A stretch of DNA of 64,000 nucleotides. Source: an uncultured Oligoflexia bacterium (GTDB taxonomy: Bacteria > Bdellovibrionota > UBA1018 > UBA6935). The notes below the pieces were generated by a model. The model ran no database searches, had not been told where the DNA came from, and saw only the letters and a program-made list of their open reading frames with translations. Where the stretch lies: the NCBI GenBank assembly GCA_964013565.1, contig CAXGWU010000001.1, positions 93,601 to 157,600 on the forward strand. Reading direction: 5' to 3'. Every line of letters begins with the position of its first letter. Within the stretch, counting starts at the first letter, position 1. Shown here in pieces: positions 1 through 9,797 of the stretch. The translations under genes and the position numbers were made by a program.

Positions 1-38
1 AACTCAAAAATCGAATAGAGCAGAAACGGAAGGAAAAA

Positions 39-416
39 ATGAAGCTTTTGTCTGAGGAAGAAATCTCTTCTAGATCTCATCTACAGTTTTCGGAATATCT
101 TTCCCAGCTTGGTGTTGCTCATCAAAATGAAATTTTATTAGAAAAGATATTTTTAGTTGATATTGTTTTTGATTCTTTTAAAGCGATTATTGAAGTCAAT
201 GGGATTCATCATTACTGGGAGGACCGTGATGGGGCTTTTTATTTGAAAGGACCTGATTTAGCTAAGTATAGAATGCTAAAAAAACAGGGATGGGTCATCA
301 TTGAGTTGAATCAATTTGATTATATTGAAAGGTATGGTCAACTCGGAGTCCAAGGTGGCGTTGATGTTTTTCGGATGTGGTTTGAAAACCAGTTGCGCTC
401 GCTCCCATCTCGTTAA
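39..416 (+). CDS. RAP/DUF559-like PD-(D/E)XK endonuclease-fold protein
   Basis: 125-aa ORF. Core LVDIVF..AIIEVNGIHHY..GPDLAKYRMLKKQGWVIIEL fits the D / E-x-(D/N)-G-x-H / K-x-R-x-L-x-x-G-W pattern of RAP and DUF559 (Vsr-like) domains. The frame stays open back to base 3, so the true start may lie upstream of the window. Confidence 0.5.
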   Translation: MKLLSEEEISSRSHLQFSEYLSQLGVAHQNEILLEKIFLVDIVFDSFKAIIEVNGIHHYWEDRDGAFYLKGPDLAKYRMLKKQGWVIIELNQFDYIERYGQLGVQGGVDVFRMWFENQLRSLPSR

Positions 417-495
417 AATTATAAGCTTTTTTAATCAACTCACGTAATTTGACCGAAAATATATTTTAACCTATGCCTTATGACAGAGGTGTCCG

Positions 496-1368
496 ATGAG
501 GTTTACTTTTTTTATTGGTTTATTATTGTTTTCAACGTCCCTTTTTGCAGAAACTCTGTCTCACCAAATGGATCGTTTTCGGGTTCAAATTTTGAAATCT
601 ACCGTAGAGCCTTATGAAGAATCGCTTGGTCCGATTGTCTTTATCAAAGCTCCAACAGTGTTAGAGCAGAGTGTTTGGTTTACTCAGCTTAAAAAAATGA
701 TGAATGAACTTCCTAAAGAAGTGAATGTTTCTGTCATTTTGTATGGACCTCAGACTAAACCTGAAGTGTTAGCATCTCCTCATCATTGGGTGAACACCTC
801 ACTAACCCCACCTTGGAGTATTCAAAAGAAATTTGAAGCAGTTTATCGGGAGAAGGTAGGAACCTCAGAAACTTCATTGAAGGAATTTTCTGAAGCGTTT
901 TTTAAGTTTCATTTCATGCATGGAAATTTAAATTATGTTCGAATAATCAGAAATGAAATTTCAACTCTTGTCGCAGGTTTTTATTTTTCAGAAGATCCAA
1001 AAGAAAGAAAAATTTATTTTGATCGAATGATTCAACTAGACGGTTTAGTTACAGGAAGTATTCATGAGCCTATCGTTCATTTTGTGACTGAACATATGAT
1101 TGAGGCATTGAAAACATCTATGAATAAAGCAATAGAAAGCTTCGTATTAGATTTATTGAAGAAATGGAAGCATACGTCTGCTTCAATGTATGTTGATTTA
1201 TTAGAGTCGTTTACGAAAGAACTCAAGACTCGTTTAAAAAATAAAGGTTTTGAATCTGATTTATCTTCAAAAAAAGTTCGAATGATTGTGAGTATGCATA
1301 AGGCTTTGATCATTATCCAAGCTAATCAACCTTGTCCGACTCATTTTAAAGCACTTAAAGATGATTAA
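496..1368 (+). CDS. hypothetical secreted protein with C-terminal CxxxF motif
   Basis: 290-aa ORF with signal peptide MRFTFFIGLLLFSTSLFA. Its single cysteine lies in the C-terminal QPCPTHFKALKDD. No family recognised. Confidence 0.6.
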   Translation: MRFTFFIGLLLFSTSLFAETLSHQMDRFRVQILKSTVEPYEESLGPIVFIKAPTVLEQSVWFTQLKKMMNELPKEVNVSVILYGPQTKPEVLASPHHWVNTSLTPPWSIQKKFEAVYREKVGTSETSLKEFSEAFFKFHFMHGNLNYVRIIRNEISTLVAGFYFSEDPKERKIYFDRMIQLDGLVTGSIHEPIVHFVTEHMIEALKTSMNKAIESFVLDLLKKWKHTSASMYVDLLESFTKELKTRLKNKGFESDLSSKKVRMIVSMHKALIIIQANQPCPTHFKALKDD

Positions 1369-1723
1369 GGAATGCTCCAGTTTTAAGTCCAAGGAGTCCC
1401 AGTAAAAGTCCGCCGATGACTGAAGCTCCAATATAGAAAATTGCAGGGCCGTTGAGTCCATTTTGAAGAAGACGAAGAGTGTCGATAGAGAAGGTTGAGA
1501 AAGTAGTAAAGCTTCCAAAAAAACCAACAGTGATTCCGATCACGAATGGAGATGGGGACTGAAAAAATGAAAGTGCTAATCCTAGGCCAAAAGCTCCAAT
1601 TAAATTAATGATTAAGGTTGTGAGTGGAAACTGAGAGGCGGGGAGGATAAACGATACTCCGTATCGACAGATTGCTCCCAAAGACCCAAACGTTCCGATA
1701 AAAAAAAGAGTTTTTACAGCCAT
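1355..1723 (-). CDS. crcB: fluoride ion channel CrcB/FluC
   Basis: 122 aa with four hydrophobic segments. Typical CrcB motifs GSLGAICRY and GFFGSFTTFSTF. Confidence 0.9.
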   Translation of the reverse strand: MAVKTLFFIGTFGSLGAICRYGVSFILPASQFPLTTLIINLIGAFGLGLALSFFQSPSPFVIGITVGFFGSFTTFSTFSIDTLRLLQNGLNGPAIFYIGASVIGGLLLGLLGLKTGAFLNHL

Positions 1724-2370
1724 TCAATTAACGTTTCGATCGATTTTTGAATTCCACTAAAAACATCTGAAAGTTTTGCATCATCATACATATATGCAGG
1801 ACTAGAAATGATTTTATGAGATTGATCGGTATGAATTTCGTTTGTAAGACAAACATGGTGTTTGTGTCCCATGGAGACGAGTGCGTCTGCAGCTTCTCCT
1901 TGGGGACCAAGTGTCATTTCAAAAGATTCGTTTTTGAAAATCATTCCAAGAAGAGCTGGGGCAATGCATAAGGCAACAATTGGTTTTTTGTTTTGATAGA
2001 AAGTTTCGATTTTAGATTTCACCAAAGGATGAACGGAGCCTTTTGGACCTTCAAAAGCAAATGTACAGAAGTTCTTTGCAACCCCAAATCCTCCAGGGAG
2101 TACAAGTGCATCATAAGATTTTGGATCACATTCTTCCAGTGACTTAATTTGACCTCGGGCAATCCTTGCGGATTCAATGAGTTGATTTCTTTGCTCAGAA
2201 ACAGCCTGCCCACTGAGGGTGTTGATAACTTCTTTCTGGTTTTCATTGAGGGCAAAAAGGTGGACATCGACTGGATGAGAGTCCAGTGCTAGTAGTGTAC
2301 AAATAGACTCTCTTATTTCGGCTCCATCTAAATAACCACACCCAGAAAGTAAGACTGCAATTTGTTTCAT
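1714..2370 (-). CDS. elbB: ElbB-type DJ-1/PfpI family protein (glyoxalase-like)
   Basis: From internal Met MKQIAVLLSGCGYLDGAEIRE..LVLPGGFGVAKN..CIAPALL the protein is collinear with E. coli ElbB. The 54-codon upstream extension of the ORF (to 2532) has no homology-like features. Confidence 0.85.
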   Translation of the reverse strand: MKQIAVLLSGCGYLDGAEIRESICTLLALDSHPVDVHLFALNENQKEVINTLSGQAVSEQRNQLIESARIARGQIKSLEECDPKSYDALVLPGGFGVAKNFCTFAFEGPKGSVHPLVKSKIETFYQNKKPIVALCIAPALLGMIFKNESFEMTLGPQGEAADALVSMGHKHHVCLTNEIHTDQSHKIISSPAYMYDDAKLSDVFSGIQKSIETLIEWL

Positions 2371-2448
2371 GAAGATCTCCCTCTTTAGAAACGATCCTGT
2401 CTCGAAAAGAGGTGCGAAGCAAGGAAAACTCTGGTAATTGTTGCGAAT

Positions 2449-3030
2449 ATGGAAAAAAATTCGCAACACGATCACGGGGGAGTGAATGATCCAGTCGGAT
2501 CTCATTCCGAATATTATCTTCACTTTCTTCAATCACAAAAGGATTCGGAAGGTCGACTGTTTTCTGATATTCAGACCGTTCTTGTTGTTCTCTCAGCGGC
2601 AGGAATGATTTTTGACCTTGAAGGCCTTCGGCAAAAAATTATCCATGCTTATCCTGGAGCGGCTGTTTTTTTTAAAAGTACCTCAGGAGATGATATGGGA
2701 ACTCCTGCTCCACAAAAGGTTGATCTTTTAATTGATTTAACTGGGCCACGACAACGTCAAGGATGGTTCTACGCAAAAAAATTAAGAAAACAGGCAAAGT
2801 ATGCTGTTGGTAGAAATGTGGGACTCTTTCGAAAAAAAATCTATGATCGCATTTACGATGAAAAGGCCCAGATCGGATTAACTAGAGATATTCTAAAAAG
2901 AGAAGAAATTGTTCAAAAAGAAGTTCTTTCCTTGGCTGGAATTTCTTTTGCTCCGGTGTCTTCTGCTACCCCTGATCGCTCAAAAGAGATTGCGAGGAAT
3001 TTACCTAAAACAGGTTACCTTCCTCGATAG
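2449..3030 (+). CDS. hypothetical protein resembling only the N-terminal half of a GT9 heptosyltransferase
   Basis: 193-aa ORF 24 nt upstream of resB. VLVVLSAAGM..AYPGAAVFF..VDLLIDLTGPRQRQ..AVGRN resembles the GT9 N-domain pattern (GD..YP..D-x-v-I-D-L-q-G). The C-terminal sugar-nucleotide domain is absent. Start uncertain. Confidence 0.35.
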   Translation: MEKNSQHDHGGVNDPVGSHSEYYLHFLQSQKDSEGRLFSDIQTVLVVLSAAGMIFDLEGLRQKIIHAYPGAAVFFKSTSGDDMGTPAPQKVDLLIDLTGPRQRQGWFYAKKLRKQAKYAVGRNVGLFRKKIYDRIYDEKAQIGLTRDILKREEIVQKEVLSLAGISFAPVSSATPDRSKEIARNLPKTGYLPR

Positions 3031-3054
3031 TAAGCCATTATTTCTGGAGTTTCT

Positions 3055-4455
3055 ATGAACGCATTGTTTCGTTTTTTAAGTTCTTTGAAGCTCGCGGTGA
3101 TCACCATCGTTGGGATTGCTATTGCACTGACAGTCGCTACTTTTCTGGAATCTTGGTATGACACTCGGACTGCGCGATTTTGGGTGTATCGGTCCTTTTG
3201 GTTTTATGGGATTTTGGCTTTATTAGGGGTAAATATTTTTGCGGTAATGGTTGATCGTTGGCCGTGGAAAAAACGACATCTTCCTTTCTTACTCGCACAT
3301 ATTGGAATTTTAATGTTGCTCTTTGGATCTTGGATGACCTATCAATCCGGACTCGATGGCTCTTTGATGTTGGAGGAGGGGCAGTCTTCTCCAAGAGTAG
3401 AACTCGAAGAAAACGTCCTCGTGCTTATTGATTCAATGAAAACCCAAATTCTACCCATTGAATGGAAGCCTGCTCATTATCCTTTTGAACCTTATTCTTT
3501 AGGTTCTTTCGATTTGGAAATGGATCAATGGATTTCTCATGCAGAACCTAAGATTCAATTTTCTAAAGCTCAGTCAGATGAACCTCCTGCAATTGAATTA
3601 GTAATTGAGGGAGGACCAATGAATTTTGAAAAGGCAATTTGGTTATTTGCTGGTGATCAAAATTGGAGCACTCTTTCTTTGGGACCGGCACAATTTACAC
3701 TGTTTCCAGTCAGTGTTGGTGTTGATGTGAAACAGTTATTTTCAGTACCGATTCGTAAAAATCATGCCTTTTTTTGGAGAGGAAAGAAAAACGAACTGCA
3801 TTATAGAATTTACTCAAAAGATGGAACTTATATGGGTGGAAGTCTATCTGAAAAATCTCAAGAAACTGTTTTGAGTACGGGCTGGATGAAGCAGATTAAA
3901 GAACTGAAACTACGCGTTCGTCAGTGGATGCCTCATGCATTAAACGAGACTTCCTATCATCCTGCAAGGGTTCAAAAAGGACCCGATGCTCCACCTTCAG
4001 CGATTCATTTAAGAGTGAAGGGAAAGTCCTCTGTGGGGGTATGGCTTGGTTTAGGAGATCGAGCAGTTTTAGATACGGGTGAAACAGAAATCCAAATTCA
4101 GTACCGTAGAAAACAAGTGATGCTTCCTTTTAGTTTGCACTTAGAAGAGTTTAAGATTCAAAATTATCAAGGAACTTATAATCCTGCGATGTACTCTTCA
4201 TTTGTAAGAGTCATTGACGAAAATGCACCTCAAGAAAAAATTGAAATTAAAATGAATGATCCATTAAAATGGAAGGGGTTCACTTTTTTTCAATCGAGTT
4301 ATGTTCCTGCACGACCTAGACCTACGATTTCGATTTTTACAGTGAATCAGGATCCAGGTCGATTCATGAAGTACTTGGGATCTATTTTGTTAGTTTTAGG
4401 TTCTGCACTTTTATTTATTCGAAAATACGTTGGAAAAAAGGGGAAAATATCATGA
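3055..4455 (+). CDS. resB: cytochrome c biogenesis protein ResB/Ccs1 (system II)
   Basis: N-terminus FRFLSSLKLAVITIVGIAIALTVATFLES, a large periplasmic domain and a C-terminal TM with the conserved FQSSY-like region. Overlaps ccsA by 4 nt. Confidence 0.85.
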   Translation: MNALFRFLSSLKLAVITIVGIAIALTVATFLESWYDTRTARFWVYRSFWFYGILALLGVNIFAVMVDRWPWKKRHLPFLLAHIGILMLLFGSWMTYQSGLDGSLMLEEGQSSPRVELEENVLVLIDSMKTQILPIEWKPAHYPFEPYSLGSFDLEMDQWISHAEPKIQFSKAQSDEPPAIELVIEGGPMNFEKAIWLFAGDQNWSTLSLGPAQFTLFPVSVGVDVKQLFSVPIRKNHAFFWRGKKNELHYRIYSKDGTYMGGSLSEKSQETVLSTGWMKQIKELKLRVRQWMPHALNETSYHPARVQKGPDAPPSAIHLRVKGKSSVGVWLGLGDRAVLDTGETEIQIQYRRKQVMLPFSLHLEEFKIQNYQGTYNPAMYSSFVRVIDENAPQEKIEIKMNDPLKWKGFTFFQSSYVPARPRPTISIFTVNQDPGRFMKYLGSILLVLGSALLFIRKYVGKKGKIS

Positions 4456-6119
4456 AAAGGTTAATTCTACTGGGGCTTTTAGTTTCTTCCTTTGTTTGGG
4501 CACAGCCCCAGCCTCATAATTTTAGTTTTTCACAAATAAAAAGAATTCCTATTCAAAATGGTGGGCGTTTAAAGCCTTTAGATTCATTTGCCAGAGAATG
4601 GGTTTTAGGAATTACAGGGTCTAGAACTTTTAAAGGTTTTGATTCGGTTGATTTAATTCTTTCATGGATTTCTTTTCCCAATGAATGGGAAAAAGAACCT
4701 TTTATCCGAATTAATCGTAAGGATGTAAAAAAACAACTTTTGTTGTCAGAAGACCGAAAATACTTCTCGCCACAAGAACTCACCCATAATGCGGCTTTTC
4801 TGCAGTATGCAGATCAGATTGCTAGTGAGATGGGAGGACAGGGAGTAAAAAAAGCTCAGGTGACAAAAACAGGAGTAAAAGAGGATGGTCGTCAGAGGGA
4901 ACTGAAGACGGTATTAGGAAGACTCACCTCTTTTCGTCGAGTGACTTCGGGGGAGGTGTGGACTCTCGTTCCAGATCCCCAAAAGTGGAAGTCAATTGCA
5001 GACTCCTCGTCCGCACCTGAAATTGAAAAAAGCTTTAAATCTCTTATTCGGGCCTACGTCGCTTCTGAGAAAGATGCTTTTAGTCAGGCAGCTGTTTTGT
5101 TGAAAGGGGCTGTCGAAGGAAAAATGAAAACTCAAGGTGCCGATATACAGACGGTTCAGTCTCGAGCAGGACTTGAAACGCTTAGCAATGAAATTCGCTT
5201 TTTTCAAAAAGCGTGGTCTTTGTATTTACTTGCAGGACTTTGTTTTTTGATGATGTGGGTAAGTCAAAGAAAGCGTTGGAAAGTTCTTGCGTGGGGCCTT
5301 GTTAGTTTAGGGTTTGTTTTTCATGTTTTAGGTTTTGGAATTCGAGTTTTTCTTACACAAAGAGCTCCTGTGACGAATATGTATGAGTCCATTGTTTGGG
5401 TAAGTTTCGGAGTGATGGTTTTTGCTTTTATTCTTTATCGACTTCAGAAGAAAAAGATTTTAATGACTACTGCTTGTTTTCTTTCTGCTTTAGCGTTGAT
5501 CGCTGCGGATGCCAATCCTACCATGTTAAATCCAGGACTGGATCCATTGGTTCCTGTTTTGAGAAGCAACTTTTGGCTTACCATTCATGTCCTGACCATT
5601 ACATTGGGGTACGCAGCATTTGCCCTGACTTATGGATTAGCAAATATTAATCTGTTTCATTTTTTAGCTGCAGCTTTGAAAGCTAAAAAAGAAAAGGTGA
5701 AACCTAAAGTTTCTCCTAAAATGGCTGATTTAAATCAACTGACCTATCGTGCGATGCAGTTTGGTGTGGTCTTACTCGCCGCAGGAACTATTTTGGGAGG
5801 AGTCTGGGCTGACTACTCCTGGGGAAGGTTTTGGGGATGGGACCCAAAAGAAGTGTGGGCTCTTATTGCTTTACTTTGCTACCTTGCTATTCTGCATGGT
5901 CGTTATGCGGGCTGGGTGAGACCTTTTGGCTTTGCTGCTTGGTCAGTGCTTGGGTTTACTTCAGTGGTAATGGCTTGGTATGGAGTGAACTTTGTGTTGG
6001 GAGTTGGACTTCACTCCTACGGGTTTGCGTCCGGTGGAATGGAGTGGGTGGCAACAGCTGTTTTGATACAAATTATTTTGGTTCTTCTTGTCTCTTTTTT
6101 TCATAAAAGAGCTTCTTAA
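4452..6119 (+). CDS. ccsA: cytochrome c biogenesis protein CcsA/ResC (system II heme handling)
   Basis: Trp-rich WWD motif WGRFWGWDPKEVWAL, multiple TM helices and conserved His residues. Carries a long N-terminal periplasmic extension. Confidence 0.9.
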   Translation: MKRLILLGLLVSSFVWAQPQPHNFSFSQIKRIPIQNGGRLKPLDSFAREWVLGITGSRTFKGFDSVDLILSWISFPNEWEKEPFIRINRKDVKKQLLLSEDRKYFSPQELTHNAAFLQYADQIASEMGGQGVKKAQVTKTGVKEDGRQRELKTVLGRLTSFRRVTSGEVWTLVPDPQKWKSIADSSSAPEIEKSFKSLIRAYVASEKDAFSQAAVLLKGAVEGKMKTQGADIQTVQSRAGLETLSNEIRFFQKAWSLYLLAGLCFLMMWVSQRKRWKVLAWGLVSLGFVFHVLGFGIRVFLTQRAPVTNMYESIVWVSFGVMVFAFILYRLQKKKILMTTACFLSALALIAADANPTMLNPGLDPLVPVLRSNFWLTIHVLTITLGYAAFALTYGLANINLFHFLAAALKAKKEKVKPKVSPKMADLNQLTYRAMQFGVVLLAAGTILGGVWADYSWGRFWGWDPKEVWALIALLCYLAILHGRYAGWVRPFGFAAWSVLGFTSVVMAWYGVNFVLGVGLHSYGFASGGMEWVATAVLIQIILVLLVSFFHKRAS

Positions 6120-8230
6120 GAGAGTTTAGATTTCATTTGTTCTAAAAAAGAAGACACCTTCTGTTCGTGTGCTTCTCGAAGAACTTGGCTTGAAAGATCA
6201 GGTGTAGATGAGACATCTTCTGTGAAAATTAAGTTTCCGGGTATTTCTGATAGGAATCGAGAAGGGTACCGAGGTACTGGTTTCCCGTATCGAATTCTAT
6301 TTTTTGCACGAGTCAGATAGAGTTTTTCTTTTGCACGAGTGATTCCAACGTAGCAAAGACGACGTTCTTCACTATAGTCTGTTGCTTCATCCATGACTCT
6401 TTGATGAGGAAGGTAACCATCCTCCATTCCCACTAAAAAGACAGTGGGGAATTCTAAGCCTTTTGAGCCATGTAAAGTCATGAGTGTCACTTCGTCTTTT
6501 TCCTTACTTTCCTCTTCTTCGCTTTCTTCTTCGGCATCAAGAGTCAATCGAGTGATGTATTCTCTTAAAAACATAAAGCTGTTTTCAGCAGGTTCTTCAA
6601 GTTTCATCTGTCCAAGGCCATGTGCGAGCTCTTGAACCATTTCCCATCGCTGAGATGCTTGTAGGGCATCATCAACGTCGTTTTCTATTCCAGTTCTCAT
6701 TCCTATCCATTCAAAAGTTTGCCTTGCCCAGTCCGCCATAGCCGTTGGTTCAGGCTCAATCTTTTCTAATGCGTTTCTCATCTTTTGGATAAGAGAAGCG
6801 AAGGTCATGACCGCTTGTTTGGGTTTAGTCTTTAAGTCTGCATCAGGAATTGACTCAAAAAAAGAACATTGGTTTTCTACTGAATGGCTATGAATGGTGT
6901 CGATGGTTTTTTTCCCGATTCCTCTTGCAGGCCAATTAATGATTCTTCGAAGTGCAGTTTCTTCATCTGGATTTAAAATCGTTTTCCAGTAACTGAGGGT
7001 ATCTTTGATTTCTTTTCGGTCTAGAAAAGAAAAAGATCCAACTAAACGATAAGGAATCCCTTTCATTCGGAGTGCTTCTTCGAAATGTCTACTTTGTGGA
7101 TTGGATCGAAATAGAATTGCAAAATCACTCCAGTTCATGAGTGTTTTGACTTCCCCTCCCTCGTGTTTTTTTGCGAGATCAAAAATTCGCTCGGCTACGG
7201 TAGTTGCTTCGTCATGATCATCTTCAGTTAAGATGAGTGTTATCGGAGGTCCATCTTCTTTTTGAGACCAAAGCGACTTAGGGTGCCTAACCGAATTATT
7301 TTGAATAACTTGATTTGCGGCATCTAAAATAGTTTGTGTGCTTCGATAATTTTGATCAAGAGTTACTGTTTTTGCTCCTGGGTAGTGTTTTCCAAAATTT
7401 AAAATGTGGGAAGGATCAGCCCCCCTCCAAGCATAAATAGATTGGTCATCGTCTCCCACCACGCAAATATTTTGTTGCTTTAGGGTAAGGAGTCGAATGA
7501 GTTCAAATTGGGCTTGATTGGTGTCTTGGTACTCATCAACAAGAATGTATTTAAATCGATCATTATAGGCGTCACAGACTTCAGGGTGTTTTTTTAATAA
7601 ATCAACAGCGTTGAATAATAAATCGTCAAAGTCCATCGCATTCATGGCCCGAAGTTGATCTTGATACTCCGGATAGGTGGTTGCCATTTCTAAAGCAATT
7701 GGAGAGGATGCCTCATTTCTAGCTGAATTCATAAAAAAAGCTTCAGATTGATGAGGGGGAATAAATCTGTTTTTTGCTTGTCCAATTCCAAACAAGATAA
7801 AAGAAGGATCGAACTTTTTATCATCCACACTATTTTTTCTTAGAATTTTTCTGATGATCTCAATTTGATCATTTTGATCTAAAATAGAAAATTGTGAAGT
7901 GTATCCTAAGCGACTCGCTTCTTGTCTTAAGATTTTAACGCAAAGACTATGAAAAGTAGAAACAGTTAGTCCTTGTGTTCTTTTTTGTGTGATTTTTCTC
8001 ACTTCTGAATAAACGCGGTCTCTGAGTTCTCCAGCAGCCTTATTTGTAAAGCTAAGTCCTAATATTTGGCGCGGAGAGACCTTCTTTTGAGTAATCAAAT
8101 GAATCATTCGATAGGTCATTGTGCTGGTCTTTCCACTCCCTGCTCCTGCTAGGACAAGAAGGGGACCTTCTTCGTGGAGAACGGCTTGGCGTTGATTTGG
8201 ATTGAGTTTTTTTAAGTACTTCGTTTGCAT
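6116..8230 (-). CDS. uvrD: UvrD/PcrA/Rep-family ATP-dependent DNA helicase
   Basis: Helicase SF1 motifs AGAGSGKT, DEYQDTN, QNYRS, LHGSKGLEF and VGITRAK. Confidence 0.9.
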   Translation of the reverse strand: MQTKYLKKLNPNQRQAVLHEEGPLLVLAGAGSGKTSTMTYRMIHLITQKKVSPRQILGLSFTNKAAGELRDRVYSEVRKITQKRTQGLTVSTFHSLCVKILRQEASRLGYTSQFSILDQNDQIEIIRKILRKNSVDDKKFDPSFILFGIGQAKNRFIPPHQSEAFFMNSARNEASSPIALEMATTYPEYQDQLRAMNAMDFDDLLFNAVDLLKKHPEVCDAYNDRFKYILVDEYQDTNQAQFELIRLLTLKQQNICVVGDDDQSIYAWRGADPSHILNFGKHYPGAKTVTLDQNYRSTQTILDAANQVIQNNSVRHPKSLWSQKEDGPPITLILTEDDHDEATTVAERIFDLAKKHEGGEVKTLMNWSDFAILFRSNPQSRHFEEALRMKGIPYRLVGSFSFLDRKEIKDTLSYWKTILNPDEETALRRIINWPARGIGKKTIDTIHSHSVENQCSFFESIPDADLKTKPKQAVMTFASLIQKMRNALEKIEPEPTAMADWARQTFEWIGMRTGIENDVDDALQASQRWEMVQELAHGLGQMKLEEPAENSFMFLREYITRLTLDAEEESEEEESKEKDEVTLMTLHGSKGLEFPTVFLVGMEDGYLPHQRVMDEATDYSEERRLCYVGITRAKEKLYLTRAKNRIRYGKPVPRYPSRFLSEIPGNLIFTEDVSSTPDLSSQVLREAHEQKVSSFLEQMKSKLS

Positions 8231-8310
8231 GGACGATCTTTACTTTAAGGATACGCGGTGCGCTAATCAATCAGAATTCCTTGATTTTATAAGAATCAAA
8301 AAGGAAAAGT

Positions 8311-9795
8311 TTATCGTTTACTGTTAAAAGACAAAAATACACGATTGCATTTTAAATTTTCCCAGCTTTTTTGGTGATCTTGATAAGATTTCACAAGGTT
8401 ATCCAGTATTCTGTTTTTGAAAGGAGCCTTTTCAGAGAAAATTCTTGTTACTTTTTTGCTTGTCATTGAAATTTTTTGAATCAATGTAAAAAGGGTTACC
8501 GAAGGCTGAACGTCTCTTAGAACAGTATTGAGAATGTTTTCAAATTCTTTAGAGGAGATTTTCTTGTTTTTTCGTGCTACGGCTGTTTGTTCAAGAACGA
8601 GAAGAGGGATCCAGCGGTTTTTATAGTTTTTTGAAATTCTATGATAGAATTCAAAAAATTTAGAAATATCTTGTTTTTTACTTTCTTTGTTGAATGGTTT
8701 GTAAAAATTAGCAATTTCAGAATTGATAGATTCAATGTTTATTTTTTCTTTTTCCATTTTTAAAAGTAAATCTTCTTCATAATTCTTTTTTGAGATTCTT
8801 TTTTTTGTCCTATTCTTGATTTTGAATTGGTAGCCTAGCGCTTGAGCTTTTTTTATGACTTCCGCTAAAAAAGAATCGCTTGTAACAAGTTCGTAAATCG
8901 CTTTTTGATATCTAAGGAGATTCATTCTTACATCCGAAGACTTGGGGCCGAGTGACTTGGCGTAGCTATGATTGTTTTTATCTGTTGTAATTTCTGCAAA
9001 GCTTTGATTCCACGCGCCTACATAATGTTCATATCCAACTTCAGCAAACTTTGTTGAGACTTGATCATAGTAGTGAAGAGGAACGATGTTTTTATGATAT
9101 TCTGTTTGATCTGCTTGTTCTAAATTTTTTAATGTAGTTTCTTGAATTTTTCTTTTTTCCTTTAGTTCATATATGGATTCTCGAAAGGTTGGGGCAACTA
9201 CGCCTATAAAATAAAGTCGAGAAATGATGTCTTTGAGGTTTCCCCCGGAGTTTTCGTAGAGTCGGTACATTGCAGCAAGACAAGCTCGTCCTTGTCGTCC
9301 ATTTCCTTTAGAAACGGTGTCTACGAGTATGAGAGGTCTACCATTCATTCCATTTTTTAAGTCAAACCCTTTGCTTTTAAAAAGGCTATAGATTTGTTCG
9401 TCTGTAGGGTTGAATTTTGGACTAAAATCAGGATCCATTCCAAAAGTTGCTTTACTCATCCCCACTCTAATTACTTTATTGGGTTCTCCGATGCTATTGA
9501 AAAACCCTTCAATAATATCTGAAAATATTAGACTATCTCGACCTAAGAAGCCAAAAACTGCGTCTGGATAGATAAAAGATAAATGAGCGATAAATCTTGG
9601 TGCCTCTTTTTCTATAAATTGAAACCAATCAGGAAAAGGATTGTTTCCAGGAATTTCTTTTAAAACAGATTCCACCTTCTTCATAGATGGTCTTACGTTT
9701 TGATTGATTAAATTATTAATATCTTGGTCTTTTTGAGTCCAAGATAACATAGGAGAAAATAAGATAAGTAAGGCAATATATATTTTTGTTTTCAT
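8311..9795 (-). CDS. exported hypothetical protein, GRD-family paralogue (PRTase-like motifs, tentative)
   Basis: Signal peptide MKTKIYIALLILFSPMLSW. FGFLGRDSLIFSDIIEGFF..GEPN..IRVG and GRPLILVDTVSKGNGRQG resemble the HGPRT-type VLKGGYKFFADLL and VLIVEDIIDTGKT loops. Full-length paralogue of 16931-18463. C-terminal KCNRVF motif. Confidence 0.45.
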   Translation of the reverse strand: MKTKIYIALLILFSPMLSWTQKDQDINNLINQNVRPSMKKVESVLKEIPGNNPFPDWFQFIEKEAPRFIAHLSFIYPDAVFGFLGRDSLIFSDIIEGFFNSIGEPNKVIRVGMSKATFGMDPDFSPKFNPTDEQIYSLFKSKGFDLKNGMNGRPLILVDTVSKGNGRQGRACLAAMYRLYENSGGNLKDIISRLYFIGVVAPTFRESIYELKEKRKIQETTLKNLEQADQTEYHKNIVPLHYYDQVSTKFAEVGYEHYVGAWNQSFAEITTDKNNHSYAKSLGPKSSDVRMNLLRYQKAIYELVTSDSFLAEVIKKAQALGYQFKIKNRTKKRISKKNYEEDLLLKMEKEKINIESINSEIANFYKPFNKESKKQDISKFFEFYHRISKNYKNRWIPLLVLEQTAVARKNKKISSKEFENILNTVLRDVQPSVTLFTLIQKISMTSKKVTRIFSEKAPFKNRILDNLVKSYQDHQKSWENLKCNRVFLSFNSKR

Positions 9796-9797
9796 TT

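Noticed and set aside
1724-2448. Looked for a fluoride riboswitch (crcB motif) upstream of crcB.
   Set aside because: crcB overlaps the 3-prime end of elbB and has no leader of its own. The region upstream of elbB shows no recognisable crcB-motif pseudoknot sequence by eye.
2371-2532. A 54-codon N-terminal extension of the elbB ORF.
   Set aside because: ElbB homology starts exactly at the internal MKQIAVLLSGCG. The extension would also run into the divergent promoter region.
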